A DNA stretch of 64,000 nt from Octopus vulgaris (lineage: Eukaryota). The notes under the pieces were generated by a model. The model worked only from the letters and a program-made list of their open reading frames with translations, made no database searches and had not been told where the DNA came from. Positions 39,971 through 54,559 of this stretch are shown here, piece by piece. Made by a program: the position numbers and the translations under genes. Where the stretch lies: NCBI GenBank assembly GCA_951406725.2, contig OX597815.1:28954001-29018000 (forward strand), read 5' to 3'. How positions within the stretch are numbered: the first letter of the stretch is position 1; each line of letters opens with the position of its first letter.

Positions 39971-41189
39971 TTGGGTTGAGGAATAATTCATGAGCGTTTT
40001 TTTGTTTGTTTGTTTTTTTCAGATTTATTTTAAACAAAAAAAAAAAAACTACAACAAAATAATCAATAATATACTCTCCGTTGTTGTTTACGACTTCCTC
40101 CCATTGTTCAATAAGTTTTTCGATGCCTCGGCAATAGAAATCTCCCGGTTTTGACTCAAAGAATTCATCCAACCAAGTCCTGAATTCCACGTCATTATTG
40201 ATCACCGCGCCAAGCATGCGAAACCGGTCAAAAGAGATGAAAATATGACAGCACCAAGTCTGGAGATTATGGAGGACCAGGCAGCACTTCCAATTCGAGT
40301 ACTTGAATCGTGGCTTTAGTCATATTGGCGATGTGTTTCAGAAGAACACCATTTCGCCTATACGGTCTTTTTTGCTGAATTGCTTCGTTGAGTCTGTGCA
40401 GTTTTTGAACGTAGAGCTTCGTATTGAGCTCAAGCAGTTCGTAATGAACTATGCCTTCCCAGTCCCACCATATGCACAACATGATCTTTCGAGGATGAAG
40501 ATTTTGTTTTGCTCACTGAGTCGCTTGTGTATCGGAGCTAAGCCATTCTTTTCGCTGTTTCATATTGACGTAAAGGCACCATTTTTCATCGCCAGTGGCA
40601 ATGCGGTAAAGAAAACGCTGTTTGTGACCATGTGTTGAGCGATGTCGAGCGAGCAAATTGGCGGCGATTGTGGAGGGTTGATCTTTGTTGTTTTCGCTCA
40701 AAATGTGTGGCACCCAAACGCTAAGTTTCTGAACGTTACCCATTGAGTAACGGTGATTCACCACAGTTTTTTTTTATATCACAATCCATCTACCCTGCCA
40801 ATTCTCTGGTCGTTTGACGTGGATTTTCGTGAAGAAGTTGATTCAATCGCTCTTCATCGAACTCAATTGGTCGACCGCTGTGCGATCCGTCTTTGAAACG
40901 CGAAAACTAGCACAAATCTCACGAGCTGCTTCGGCGGCCTTAACACCTCGATTAAATGCAAAAAGCATATGAAATTTTATTTTTAATTCTAAAACAACAA
41001 TTCTCTCTGCCTGAAATACTCAGTTTTGTCCACTTGACATTCCATTTTAGTGATCTGAAAATAAACAAAAATCAATAAAATTAAAATATCAAAACACCGC
41101 ATCTTGTAGAGCAAAAATTCGCTTTTAAATAACAAAACACTTTAAATAACAAAATAATAAGATAACGCTTGAATTATTCCTCGACCCAA
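39971..41189 (-). mobile_element. Tc1/mariner transposon (second family), transposase pseudogene
   Basis: TA|TTGGGTTGAGGAATAATTCA...TGAATTATTCCTCGACCCAA|TA; WVPH, IATGDEKW and MLCIWWD motifs; frameshifted. Confidence 0.92.
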
Positions 41190-41280
41190 TATATATATAT
41201 ATATATGAACTGGCAGAATGTATGTATGTATGTATGTATGTATGTATGTATGTATGTATGTATGTATGTATGTATTCAAG

Positions 41281-41715
41281 GGATCTTTTCGGTTTGAACG
41301 GCAGTTTTTTACAATAATTTCTAGGTAACTAAAAAATTTTAAACTTCGTATACTGGTAGAATGTGTTTATAAAACATCTTTTTCTCTTGGCTTTAATGAG
41401 AAAATTCTATAGTTTGTAAGATATTTGTTGTTTTTTTCTTCAATTTCTGCAATTTCAACCAATCAGTGACGTCTATTGAGTTACAAAAGCATTCTGTGCC
41501 GTATGAATATATCCCTCGTTTAAGAAACAGATTGGGTTTATTTATATTTGTGAAGAAAAAAAAAGATACCCTTTCCCCACCCCTAACCCTAACCCTAACT
41601 AACCCTAACCCTAAAACAGATTGAAATGCAATAGATCGATTCTAGGGTCATAATTATGGGTGACAATTTCATATGACACCGCTAGAAAAAACTGCCGTTC
41701 AAACCGAAAAGATCC
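41281..41715 (-). mobile_element. TTAGGG-bearing MITE copy 4
   Basis: TSD TATTCAAG/TATTCATG. Confidence 0.92.
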
Positions 41716-42094
41716 TATTCATGTACATATGTATATGTGTATTGATTTTCACATATCTTTAATAACAGGTTGACTCAGCTCCATATAATTTAAAGATTTG
41801 TAAACGAAATTTGAAATGCGCCCACATTTCAAGAGATACAGAGTTGGATTCGGTATTTAACAGAGAGATCATTTTTAAATCACATTAAACGATTTGATAA
41901 AGAACTCAATCTGTAGTACAATTAAATAGCGTTTTATTATATAATTATTTCTCACGTATTTTATCTTTTATTCAAAATAGAATGTGTGCTTGTGTGCGTG
42001 AGTGTAGTAAAGATGGTATGATACTGTAAGTGCGCTCGCATGTGTGTGCGCGTGCAGTGAAGGAGTGATGAATAAATTGTGGATGTGACCCCTT

Positions 42095-42134
<40 letters not shown>

Positions 42135-44036
42135 ACAGAGTTTGTTCCTAATAGGATTCCTTACTAATTAATCATTGGTCGAGGATGAAAGAGAATAAGA
42201 AACGTTATAACTGAGACTACGTTCACTAGATTAATAAGCAAAAACAAACAGCAACTTTTGTCTTGACACATATCATTACCGCTAGAAGGTTATTTCAGTA
42301 ATGCTGTTGGCTAAATCGGTCATAATGTTCTACTGTTGTATTGGGAAATAGCTGGAACAGTAGGGTGCTCTGTGGTAGACAAATTAGCTCCCTTTATGTT
42401 CTGTGTTCAAATCTCGCTGGGATTGACTTTTCCTTTTATCTTTCATTGATAAAATAAAAACCATTCATGTTGTGGAGCCTAATAAATCAACTCTGTCGTC
42501 ATTATATGCGTCAAATGTTAAATATCATTTTTCCTTTTTGGTTGAAGTGGCGAGATAGTAGAATCGTTAGCATGCCCGATAAATTACTTAGCAGTATTTC
42601 TCTCTCTAGGTTCAAATTCCACCAAAGTCGACTTTACCTTTCATGCTTTCGGGGTCGATAGGTTAAGTGCCAGTTGAGCGCTGAGGTCAATGTAATCGAC
42701 TGACACTCTCCCCAAGAATTTTCAGGCAGAGAGAATTATTGTTTTAGAATTAAAAATAAAAATTCATATGGTTGATTCTAAGATCCGGTTTCGATTCCTA
42801 GCCATAGCCTATATTGATTTCTTTGAACGGCCTTCGGAAGAGACATGGGCAGCAATAAAACTACATACGACAATAATTGCCTGTCAGTGATTCATACTGG
42901 AGTACTAAAGTCTTGTTGAAAATGCTGAACAAACGGTATATAAAGACATCGTATTATTGTTACTAGCAACTCTGCCCATATACGATGGAGGCATAAAATG
43001 AGGGAGGAAAGGCATAACAGCAGTATGTATTGAGAAATTCGAAAATGGACTTGATAGATTACTGGGTGACGCCTTAGAGAAATTACATTATTGTTGATGA
43101 TACAGCATTCTATTGCAGCTATATGACGTGTTTGCGACAAAGTGACATGTGATGACGATTCACACCCGAACAGAAATAGGCTCCCAGCTTCTGTATCATG
43201 AATAGTTATGTGGACCACTCCTAACGAAAGTCAAAGCTTCCTTCGACCACTACAAAAAAAGTATTGAGAAAAAAATGTTACTTAGATATACTTTTATTTT
43301 AGTTGTTTACACTATTTATACTCTTATGCATTCAAAGTTCACAAATTTCCTTATTTAAATTATATGAATCATATTCCTTTCGATAATATCAATATGATTA
43401 CAAAACTTCTTTGTAGACGATATTTTCAGTTTGATCGACACTAATTTTCAAATTACTGGAGTCCGTTGCTCTACCCATAGCGACGTACAACTAGCCCTAT
43501 GTAAACATCGGGGTGGGTAAAAATACACCAACACGATCGAAAGTCTGGCCCTGTGCCTTGTTTGCTGTGAATGCGCAAGCAGAATCTTTAGGGTTGCAAA
43601 AAATCAAACTGAGACTCACCTCTCACTGCTCTATGCAAACAATGTCTGATGCTCTGGTGCCATGGGTTATTTTGATTGACAAAACTGAGATGTAAACAAC
43701 AGCTGCTTCGATTAGCCGTTTCGAATCCTGCTCAAACAGACACACTTCAATAACCACTAAATAATTACACACACTATATACTGACACACACTTTTTCCAT
43801 TTTATTTTCGCTATTAACCATCCTTGCGATCCCCTTCGTATCTACGATGGGGCCACAAATTATACGATTAAAATCATAACGCCCATTATAGTAAGATAAG
43901 ATGGAGTCTAGGACACAAATTAATATCAAGTTATCTAAACACATGTGAAAGTTTTTCTCTCCTTTTCCACCTAATATATATTATACATATCATATATACG
44001 TACGTGTGCGTGTGTGTGTGTATCAAAACATACTTG

Positions 44037-44059
<23 letters not shown>

Positions 44060-44094
<35 letters not shown>

Positions 44095-44799
44095 GTTTAA
44101 AATTCAAACCCTATCCTCCTGAAGCACATCTGCTTATTCCAGTATTCCATTGGGGTATGCATAAAAGTTGATAAGTATGGGAAATATTGTTTGCAGAGTA
44201 ATTCTATAATAAAATTCATCGAAAGGGTAATCCCGAGAACAAAGAAATAAAAACCCACAATATGGTAAACGCCATAGCCACTCATAATAAAGCGGAATAC
44301 TGGTGGAATGTACCAGTGAAGACCTCAATAAAACATAAGCACAACAAACCTGGGATAGAGAGGAGAAACTGTGCACAGTTGTGGAAATTAGCTGCCCAGC
44401 GGATGTTAACATAAAGCTGAAGATCAGCGAAAAAGAGAACAACTATGCTGAACTATTGAGAAATCTGCAGTTACTCTATCCAGATTACAACTTCAGGTTT
44501 ATACCTGTAATTATTAGGGCTCTGGTATATGTAACAGACTGCCTAAATACCAATCTTGAGAAATTAGGCTTCTCAAAAGCAAAAAGGAGAAAGCTAATTC
44601 AAAGACTACAGATCCAATCCATCACTGAAACTGTAAACATCTGTAAAACTCTCCAGAAGTTTATCATTTAAATCTATACGAGCATGTCTAGATATGTAAC
44701 TATAGGCATGAGAATATATACACAAAACGTACAAATCTGCACATACATACATGCATGTATACATACATACATACATACATACATACATACATACATACA

Positions 44800-44833
<34 letters not shown>

Positions 44834-44995
44834 CATACATACATACATACATACATACATACATACATACATACATACATACATACATACATACATACAT
44901 ACACTGTTGTTGGGATTCCAATGAAGGAGTCTTAGATCTAGGTTAGAAACCGATTCTATCTCAGTTGGTAAGAAATCTTGAAATTAACTGAATAA
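44060..44995 (+). mobile_element. R4/Dong-like LINE 3' end with restriction-like endonuclease domain
   Basis: KHNKP...CTVVEISCPADVNIKLKISEKENNYAEL...RFIPVIIRALVYV; 3' UTR with (TACA)n. Confidence 0.8.
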
Positions 44996-45989
44996 TAATA
45001 TACATACATTCATGTGTGTGTTTGTGTGTAAAAAACATACAAAACACCTTACATGCATGTATGTATGTATATACTCGCACACGCGTATCGACAAATATAT
45101 ACAACCACAATACGAACAACATCCTGACTAATATTGCTGAAAGCAGCACCAGTGGTTCCAGCATCAACAACAGAACCTTTACAGAAAAAAAAAAACAGAA
45201 CAACCAACTTCAGCATAAATTTCTCAAGCACTATTACCAGCCTATTCTCTCAGCTTTTATTTACCATGAATGATTAAGAAACCCCCACAAAGATTAACTT
45301 TCTCTTACCCAGACAGGAACTATACATTTCCATTGGAATATTGATTGCTTGAATGAAAATTTAAAGTGAAGTGTACTTTACATGCTTGAAAAGCACAACG
45401 CAATGAACCTACAATCAGCGCAACGAGATTTGAGTACCTTATTCAATCAGTCATTATGTTCATATTACACTTCAGCACTGTAATCATAGAATGGGTGGAG
45501 ATTTGGGAAGAAATATTCGAGCGTTGGACAAAATGTCTTTTAATAAGTATTCAATTATGTTCCCATATTTTTTCTGGGTCTAAATCCAGTCAGCGTTGAC
45601 TTTGCATTTCATCGCTTCGAATCTCAATATTCATGAGATGAGATTGATTTAATTCTCGACATTCGAACCCCACTCACTTGCAAATGGAGCCTTCAATCTA
45701 TAGAAAGGATCAATATAAGCAGTTAATATCTTGAGCGTTGTTATTGCTGCGATGGTGGAGGCGGTGGTTGTGGTAGTCGTCACCTTCGTCGTCTGTTTAG
45801 GTCTAATCAAGTAAATCTAAATCCCAGGCGTGTCCATCTTATATGTTTGTGTGTGTGTTGTTTCTGTTTTGTTGGGGTTTTTTTTCCAGATATAGAATAT
45901 ATAGGACTGCACTATAAATTGTGATTTGAGGAAGGTTTCATTGTCGATCGAGTAACTACATAAAATCTCTTCTATTTGACTCATTGTAA

Positions 45990-46205
45990 ATATTGGTTTC
46001 AAATTTTGGTACAAGGCCAACAATTTCAGAGGAGAAGGCCAGTCGATTACATTGGCCTCCAGTGCTCAACTGGTACTTATTTCATTGACCTCGAAAGAAT
46101 GCAAGGCAAAGTTGACCTCGGCCAAATTTCAACCCAGAACGTAAAGACGGACGAAATGCCGCGAAGCATTTTGCCTAGCTTGTTAACTATTCCGTCAGCT
46201 CACCA
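45990..46205 (-). mobile_element. SINE B, diverged, alternative tail
   Basis: GGTTTCAAATTTTGG...GGCAAAGTTGACCTCGG. Confidence 0.75.
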
Positions 46206-46789
46206 TCTTCTCTCGTTGTAAATATTTTATCATAAAGGTAGAGAGACCTATAGAACAATTGGTAAACTATCGGGTTATGGAGATGGTAATATGGTTTCAA
46301 TACCTGTTCGATGTCATTTCATGCCATTTGTGTTTCAGATAAAGACTTACCATTTCCCTACCCTAAAGTATCTCCGGAGTTTTGCGCCTTGTCACAAATG
46401 TGCAAAATTGCAAATATAGAAACAGTAAAAATAATACGTTGGACTATATGTAACCTTTACTCTTCATATTTCATCCTCTTAGAGCCGCTTGAATATATAC
46501 CAGTTGTATATCAGAACCAATTAGATTATTACCATCTTCTTTAAGAACACGGGTTCTATACCTAAAAGTAACATGGTAGTAATAGAATAGTAATAGAGAC
46601 GGTTTCCTTTCCCGATGGTATCCATTTCACTTCACTATCCAACTATTTACAGAGACTTTCAACTACCAACTCCTTTATTAGTTCTCCAAGTGTTTACCCT
46701 GCAAGTGTTTCTCAGACATTTATCCTTGTAATAGACCCAAAAAGTCAGCCCCTATCATTAAAAGGCATATTAACTAAGATAGATTTTGG

Positions 46790-47170
46790 CCTTTATGTAA
46801 GTCATGTTTTAGGACATCATAACCCACTCAAGTAGGGAGTTGTTATTTGCCGAGATGCGTCCAGGTGTTTGTGGTTTGTCTGGTACTTCTTGAAGGAACA
46901 TGTCAAGGTACCGTTTGAAGTAAATAGGGTCTTTTTCGTCTTTGATTTCCCTCAAAATAATGTTGAACAACGGAAGACCCGTTAAAGTAGAAAAATTGTG
47001 TCGCAGTGTTAAGTGATGTAACCTCAAGTTTTGTAGAAAGCATCTGGCTTTCGGACCAAGCCTTAGGTGACTTCTGAACTTGATTCTGACATCGTTTGTA
47101 CAATGTTCATGGAATATTTTCCGCGTTGCACAAATAATGGTAACTTTGGAGATAATAAAGTTAAGCATTT
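46790..47170 (-). mobile_element. CR1/L2-like LINE 3' end
   Basis: TLRHNFST...PLFNII...FKRYLDMFLQEVPDKP...NNNSLLEW; homologous to 300-900. Confidence 0.75.
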
Positions 47171-48469
47171 TGAACTGATCCTATCAGTCAAGGCCTATCA
47201 TGCCATTTATTTATTTTTGCAGTCACTCTCTGGGCTATTTCAATTCTTACAATGTGTACGCGCACGCGTAGTTTATAGTGGACAGCGATATTCAAGGTAA
47301 GACCTGACAAACATAGAGAAGAAATGAATGATGGCTTCAAGATCTCTGGACTGGAACAATATTTATATTTAAACTACATTTCAATCGTTTTATTTCCGAT
47401 CGTCATCGTGTGTTTTATTCTTGAATATGCATATGCCCAGGTAGAACTCAATTTATTTCTAATCGGGTTTCAATTTTCATCATTTTTCATGTGTTTGAAA
47501 ATTAAATAGATAAGATGTCGGCTGAAATCTCCCGTCACTGAATTTATTAAATTCCGAGCGAAATACTTAGTACTTTCTCTGCTTAATAACAACAAAACAG
47601 AGAAAGGACTAAATGATGAAGAACTAAGTGTGGTTGTTGTTATCATTGTTTAGCTCCAAAGGCATTCCAGCCATGAGCACCTCTTCTATACCTTTTTTCG
47701 TTTGGTGTATTTAGGACCGCATTATCAAATGCGTCCGTCCCTTTTTTTAATATGGTAGAATGTGATATGTGGGAGAGTTGACTGCTATTTCTAGCAGGAC
47801 GTGATGGTGACGGTTTTTCATGGTGTTTTATAATGATGAGATTGCCTTTGACTGAGAATGCGTTTTATTCTCCACCGAGACGTCAGGTGTTCTTGAACCT
47901 CGTACTACCGATTTCATTCACAAAACTGGGATAACGGAGGCCCATCTGAGAAATAAGCTCCGCGAGGTGGAGCGGTTGCTGCAACGAGTTTCTCTGGACC
48001 ATTCTCTGCGGCTATGCAATCGTAGTCATTATTGCGGGGCGCAGTTATTGCTGAACACACAATTTGTTCTGGGGTATGTGGTCCATCGCCCTCTCCCGCT
48101 CCAACTTCTGCTGCTTTATCACCGCCCCTCCTTTTCTTTCTTTTTCGTTTTTTTTTTAATCTTTCTATTTTTGTTTCTTTGTATTTAAATGTTATAATTT
48201 AAAATGTTATCTGTTGTATTATTGACTGTAAAAATAAACATTTTCATTCTCAAGAACAGAATAGAACCTGCTCATTTGCATTTTACATTTTCTTTTGAAT
48301 ATGTTCTTTTCTTAAGAAAGTGGAAATGGGAGGGAACAATGTTCTGACCCTTTCTAAGGACATTAATAACATAACATAATTTAGGTGAGATGGTTTCAAT
48401 CTAGAATTGAAAACGACTGCTCAATTTCTCTATTTCTTTTCTTCTCTAACATTCACACTTTCTCCTATC

Positions 48470-48524
<55 letters not shown>

Positions 48525-49346
48525 TCTATTTTTCTCATTCTATCAGTCTTTCTATTTTACTGCTTGTTACTCTTCCCATCTTCCATTTTCCACGACTCTT
48601 AACTTTCTGTCAACCTAACTTATTTTTCGTCTCTCACCCTCCCATCTTATCCCTTTCTAACACACCAATCACTCACTTTGTTTCTGTTGTTTATCTTATC
48701 TATCTGTTTGCTTTTCTCTTTTTCTGCATTCTCTTTCCGTTCTTCTTCCTCATCTCGTTCCATTTTAATGTCCCTTTCCCCTGTTCTCTTCCCTTTCTAT
48801 TTCTCCCATTTCTTCCTACGTTTACTTTCTCTCAACTTCCACCACACTCAAAGCGTGACTTGTCATTTAGACGCCCTGTGGTTATACTAATTGATAGCGC
48901 CATTATATTAATTGATATTCTATTATCACAAACCACTGCAGTCAGTTGTATCTAATGACTTGCCCAAATATTTTGCTTTCATCATTGACCGTCATCCAAC
49001 TACTCCCTAGAGAAAATCATTTCTTACAACTCATACAGTCACAACACGCCATGTTCTTATAAACTGAATACATTGAAGGGAACCTTTCCATAGTCGCTTA
49101 ACTTGATAGAAATTGGAGCCAAATCTCTCCTAAACCATTCCCTATTGACGCATAAAAGGAGACACTGGATTACGTTATCCGAGATACGCAATTCTGCAAC
49201 AAAATACTGTATAAACTTAGGTTGGACTACTCCTTATAACCTTTGATACACACAGCTCTGTTTACTATATAAGGAATGATCCTGGATTAAATAACCACCA
49301 CTCTATGTTCAGCTATTCAGAAGAATCCTCAATTAAAATAAGATAA

Positions 49347-49892
49347 CCACAACTAACTGGAGGTATCCGCAACTAACTGGAGGTATCCACAACTGACTGG
49401 AGGTATCCACAACTGACTGGAGGTATCCACAATTAGCTGGAGGTATCCACAACTAACTGGAGGTATCCACAACTAACTGGAGGTATCCGCAACTAACTGG
49501 AGGTCTCCGCAACTAACTGGAGGTATCCACAACTAGCTGGAGATATCCTCAACTAGTTGGAGGTATCTTCTATTAGGTAAAGGTATCCTCAACTAAATAG
49601 AGATATATCCTCAACTAACTGAAAGTATCCACAACTAGCTAGGGAGCATTCTCAACTAGCTGGAGATATACTCTTTACTCTTTTACTCTTTTACTTGTTT
49701 CAGTCATTTGACTGCGGCCATGCTGGAGCACCGCCTTTAGTCGAGCAAATCGACCCTAGGATTTATTCTTCGTAAGCCTAGTACTTATTCTACCGGTCTC
49801 TTTTGCCGAACTGCTAAATTACGGGGACGTACACACACCTGCATCGGTTGTCAAGCGATGTTGGGGGGACAAAGACAGATACACAGACATAT

Positions 49893-49938
<46 letters not shown>

Positions 49939-50260
49939 GACGGGCTTCTTTCAGTTTTCGTCTACCAAATCCACTCACAAGGCTTTGGTCGGCCCGAGGC
50001 TATAGTAGAAGACACTTGCCCCAAGTGCCACGCTGTGGGACTGAACCCGGAACCATGTGGTTGGTAAGTAAGCTACTTACCACACAGCCACTCCTGTGCC
50101 TATATCTTAAACTAGATTAAGGCATCTTCAACAAGTTGAAATCATCCTCAACTAGCTGGGGACGGGATCTTCAACTTGCTGAAGGAATCTTCAACTTGCT
50201 GAAGGCATCTTCAATTTAATGGAGATGACCTCAACTAAATGGGAATATCCACAACTAGTG
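49347..50260. repeat. 20-bp minisatellite (CACAACTAACTGGAGGTATC)n interrupted by a SINE A
   Basis: About 11 near-perfect units at 49347-49570, decaying rightwards and resuming at 50100-50260. Confidence 0.9.
49670..50101 (-). mobile_element. SINE A
   Basis: Full copy. Confidence 0.9.
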
Positions 50261-51526
50261 AGCATGTATAGAATATCGAGAACTATAGATCTGTAAACCT
50301 TGCCCAGCCTTTCGATTGACTACCACTATGACATTGGCCTATTTGGCCAGGGCTAACCTGGTGCTACACAGTACTCAACAATAACAGCTACTAATATATC
50401 ACAGTATCAATGGTAGGTGGTCTGTTACAGTATCTCAGTTTGAAATGTCTATTTTCGGTCTGAGAACTTCAAGCGACGTAAGTTCTTCCGTGTGAGTGAC
50501 CTCATTGAACGTTTTTGATTATTTGTCCGCTCGATCAGAACTTATGTAAGGCTAAGCATTAACAACGTCAATAATCGCTTCCACATGACAGAGACTTACA
50601 TCTGATGAACGTAACTCGTCTTCAGAAAAATAATTTTACGAATATTTATAAGTATTCGTTATTTTATTGTAGTTTTTAAAGGATCGATTCCAACAACCGT
50701 TCCAGACTCACCCTTATGTAAGATAAATTACTGTTTTATCTTCAATATTTTCCCCCTTTTACTCCCTCCGTAAATCCAGTATTCTGCTTTCTCTTATCCT
50801 TGGTATCAGAGAAATAATTGAAGCTATATACAGTTTTTTTTTTTCTGAGTATCATTTTTATATTTTTAAAAGCGGCAGTGGATTGGTAGTATTGAGGTAT
50901 TTAGTTACGTTCCTTTATATTTTGAATTCGAATTCTGCTAGAGCTTACGCCTTTGTTTATCATTATACGCAACATTGGATCATAGATAAATGAAAGTATA
51001 AGTCATGTGCCAGAATTTGTTCAGATACTATATTACTGAGTAACATCACTTCAAATATATGTGCTTGTATCAAAATTAAAAATTGCTATATATCAGGGTC
51101 AGATCTAAGACAAAATTAGTTTCAATATCTTTACTACACCAGTCCTAATGTCTACTAGATTTCCAAAATCATGTTTCTTTTAATTGAATATTAGCTAAAG
51201 TTTCCTGAACCATTCAAAAAACGACTTTGGAGTCACATGTGTAGTATTGTTAGTACAGTAGCAACTGTTAATTCACAACTAAGCCTTCCATTAATTACCA
51301 TTTCGAAGGGTAAAATGAGACGCTTTCTTTTATTACTAAATATGAAGAAAACATTGTGAGAGCTATCAAATGTTTCAATAGACCGATTTAAAGAAACTTA
51401 TGTACAAGTAGTGTTTAATCAACTTTGTTATTTCATTTGAGGGAAGATCTCGCTTACGAGCGTGAATTAATTCAGCCTCCAAATTCAGTTGCAACATGAT
51501 TCTTGGATATGTTGTTCAAAGAAAAC

Positions 51527-51951
51527 AGATCTTTTCGGTTTGAACGGCAGTTTTTTCTAGCGGTGTCATATGAAATTGTCACCCATAATTATGACCCTAG
51601 TATCGATCTATTGCATTTCAATCTCTTTTAGGGTTAGGGTTAGGGTTAGGAGTGGGGGGAAAGGGTATCTTTTTTCCTTAACAAATGTAAATAAACCCAA
51701 TCTGTTTTTTAAATGAGGGGCATATTCATACGGCATAGAATGTTCTTTACCTCAATAGATGTCATCGATTGGTTGAAATTGCAGACATTTAAGAAAAAAA
51801 AACAACAAATATCTTACAAACTATAGAATTTTCTCAAGAAAACCAAGAGAAAAAGATGTTTTATAAATACATTCTACCAGTATACGAAGTTTAAAAGTGA
51901 TTAGTTACGTGGAAATTATTTTAAAAACTGCCGTTCAAACCGAAAAGATCC
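51527..51951 (+). mobile_element. TTAGGG-bearing MITE copy 5
   Basis: TSD AAGAAAAC on both sides. Confidence 0.92.
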
Positions 51952-54208
51952 AAGAAAACTTTTAAAAAAGATTCCAATACTTCGATATTTTTATATCGTT
52001 TCTAACTAATTTAGACAGAGAAAGTAAAGCAACGCGATAAAATTTCTAATTACCTTCCAGATATGTGAGGTTGGCATGAGTGAAGTTCAGCCTAAACTTT
52101 TGTAAATCGATGTTTGCAGAAGACAAGACAAACATTTTTAAGTGGTAACCCACTTTGAACTCTTGTCTGCCTACAGACAAAAGTTATAGATGGGTTGAGT
52201 CCCGAAATAGAGTTATCATTTCCTCTTCTCTCTACCTATATCATCAATTATCTCGCCCTAACTTTATCCGTTTAATTTATAAACCGAAAGACAAATCGCA
52301 AAAACATTTTGCATTAACATTTTTAGTAGTCCTGTCCATATTCAAGTTCTTGTCTTCGGACGTATTCCGAAATCGGCACCACTTCCCATTTTAGAGCATT
52401 TGGATGAATCACTGATGGGCATTCATTTGGGTGTAAGTAATCATACTGGCGTTGATTAAAGAAATTCCAGAAATATAAACAGGTAGCCATTCCATCGACT
52501 ATAAATTTCCCTGTACATTTGTATAATTCCTTTAGAATCAAAAACCAATATTGGTGACTGCCATACAATAGAGATAAACGAATACAGATTAAACCAAACT
52601 GCGGTTCGTTTTCGACTCTCAGTCATAGACTTTTCACTCTACATACAACATTAATGTTCCTCGGAAAAGTATTAACATCACAACTTACTATTTCCACCGA
52701 CCTGCTACCATCAGTCCAAATAGCTAAGTAGAAAATTAATACCTCGTAATATTTGAAAGCTAATTTTTAAAAATAAGTATGTACACTAACTTTTTTTTAC
52801 TTTACTCTTTTACTTATGTACTTAAGGTATTTGTATTAGCCTTTGTGTGATCTATCATAAGAATCAAATCCTCTCTCCTTCACTGCACCCAGTGACCTGT
52901 CGTTGTGCACAAGAGCAGCTAAATCCGTTCAGTTCTGTATTATTTCTAACATATTAACAAAAAATGGAAGACATGGTTGTAAGAATTTTCACTGCTTAAC
53001 CTCTATTTTCTGCACTATAATGACCCCTACTTCTTACGACGGTGAACCACTTGTGCCATACTGAATTACATATCTACGGATCAATTGCTTTATCTTTTGG
53101 CTTAAGTTTGTTGACTGGGGCTCAGTTAGAAACCTTTTGCTTTTCCATAAGAACTCTGATAATCACAACCACTCGATCGTTTACAACTAACTCACAATGG
53201 AATCATTATGATATCCACTTTTCCCAAATAAATAATATTAATTCAAAGTAAAATATAATTAAAAAAACGATCAATATTTGCGAATAAATTGATTTCATAA
53301 AAATAGCAATAGACTTAGTTAAATTCTTGATGTTTCGTGACATAATATAGAAAATTAGACAAACATATTCGATTCTCTAACTTTATTTCGGTAATTAAAT
53401 ATGGTTTTTCACTGTATGCGTTTGTGTTAAAGAAAGAAACCAGGAGAGCGCGGGAGGAAGGAAGGATGGACAGAAAGGCAATAAAATAAACATTTTACCA
53501 TGCCAAAAACTTACAATTATATTTACGTACAAATGACATATTTAAACACTATATAAATCTATCTGACAGTATTAAACTCTCTCGTTATCTCTATCAATAT
53601 ATCGCACATTTACAGCAATTTAATAATTTATGGAGTATTTTCGAGAAACTTCAATTACAAACCTAGTGTTTGTATGCTTTTATTTTATTTCCTATGCGAT
53701 GTATTTTCACAAACATTATTGAATATCTTGCTACACTATTTATATACGTCGGACATACGTGTTTCTGGCAGTAAACATAAATTAATTAAGTATATAAATA
53801 ATAAAGTGTATGTAAATGAATAGAGAGATAGAGGGAGAGAAAGAGAAGGAAAAGAGGAAACTTATAAGTCAGTTTGTGAACTTCGTTAATTAAAGGTTTC
53901 TAACGGGCCAATCACAGGTTCACTTCATAGCTAAAAGCGAGAATGTCAAAGGAGTGTTTAAAACTCTCAATGCTGAACGAACATCTCGAGGAAATTCGTG
54001 TTTTTTCTTGTTTCTTTTTTTGTTTTGTTTTTTTGCCGATGTGATCGTGGCTTACTGACTAGTGCACTCATAATCATAAGATTGTATTTTCGATTCCTGG
54101 ACCGGGCGATACGTTGTATTCTTGAGCAAAATACTTCATTTCACGTTACTCAAGTCTACTCCAAAATTGTAATCCTGCATCGAACCTACGTCCTGCCGAG
54201 GTTAGTGG

Positions 54209-54243
<35 letters not shown>

Positions 54244-54364
54244 CCGGGATGCTTTATGGGTCTATGGCTCAGAGAGGAACTTTGACCCTTTGTTTGATGA
54301 TCATATACACATATGCAAACTCACGCAAACACATGTAAATAATGTATACATAGTACATAAATAC

Positions 54365-54438
<74 letters not shown>

Positions 54439-54452
54439 GTGTGTGTGTTTAA

Positions 54453-54488
<36 letters not shown>

Positions 54489-54559
54489 ATATATATATAT
54501 ATATATATATTCTTTTATTATTTTCAACAATGGGACTGCGGTCATGATGGAGTACCGCT

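Noticed and set aside
49347-49670. CRISPR-like regular repeat
   Set aside because: Head-to-tail 20-mers with no unique spacers, no cas genes and a eukaryotic context
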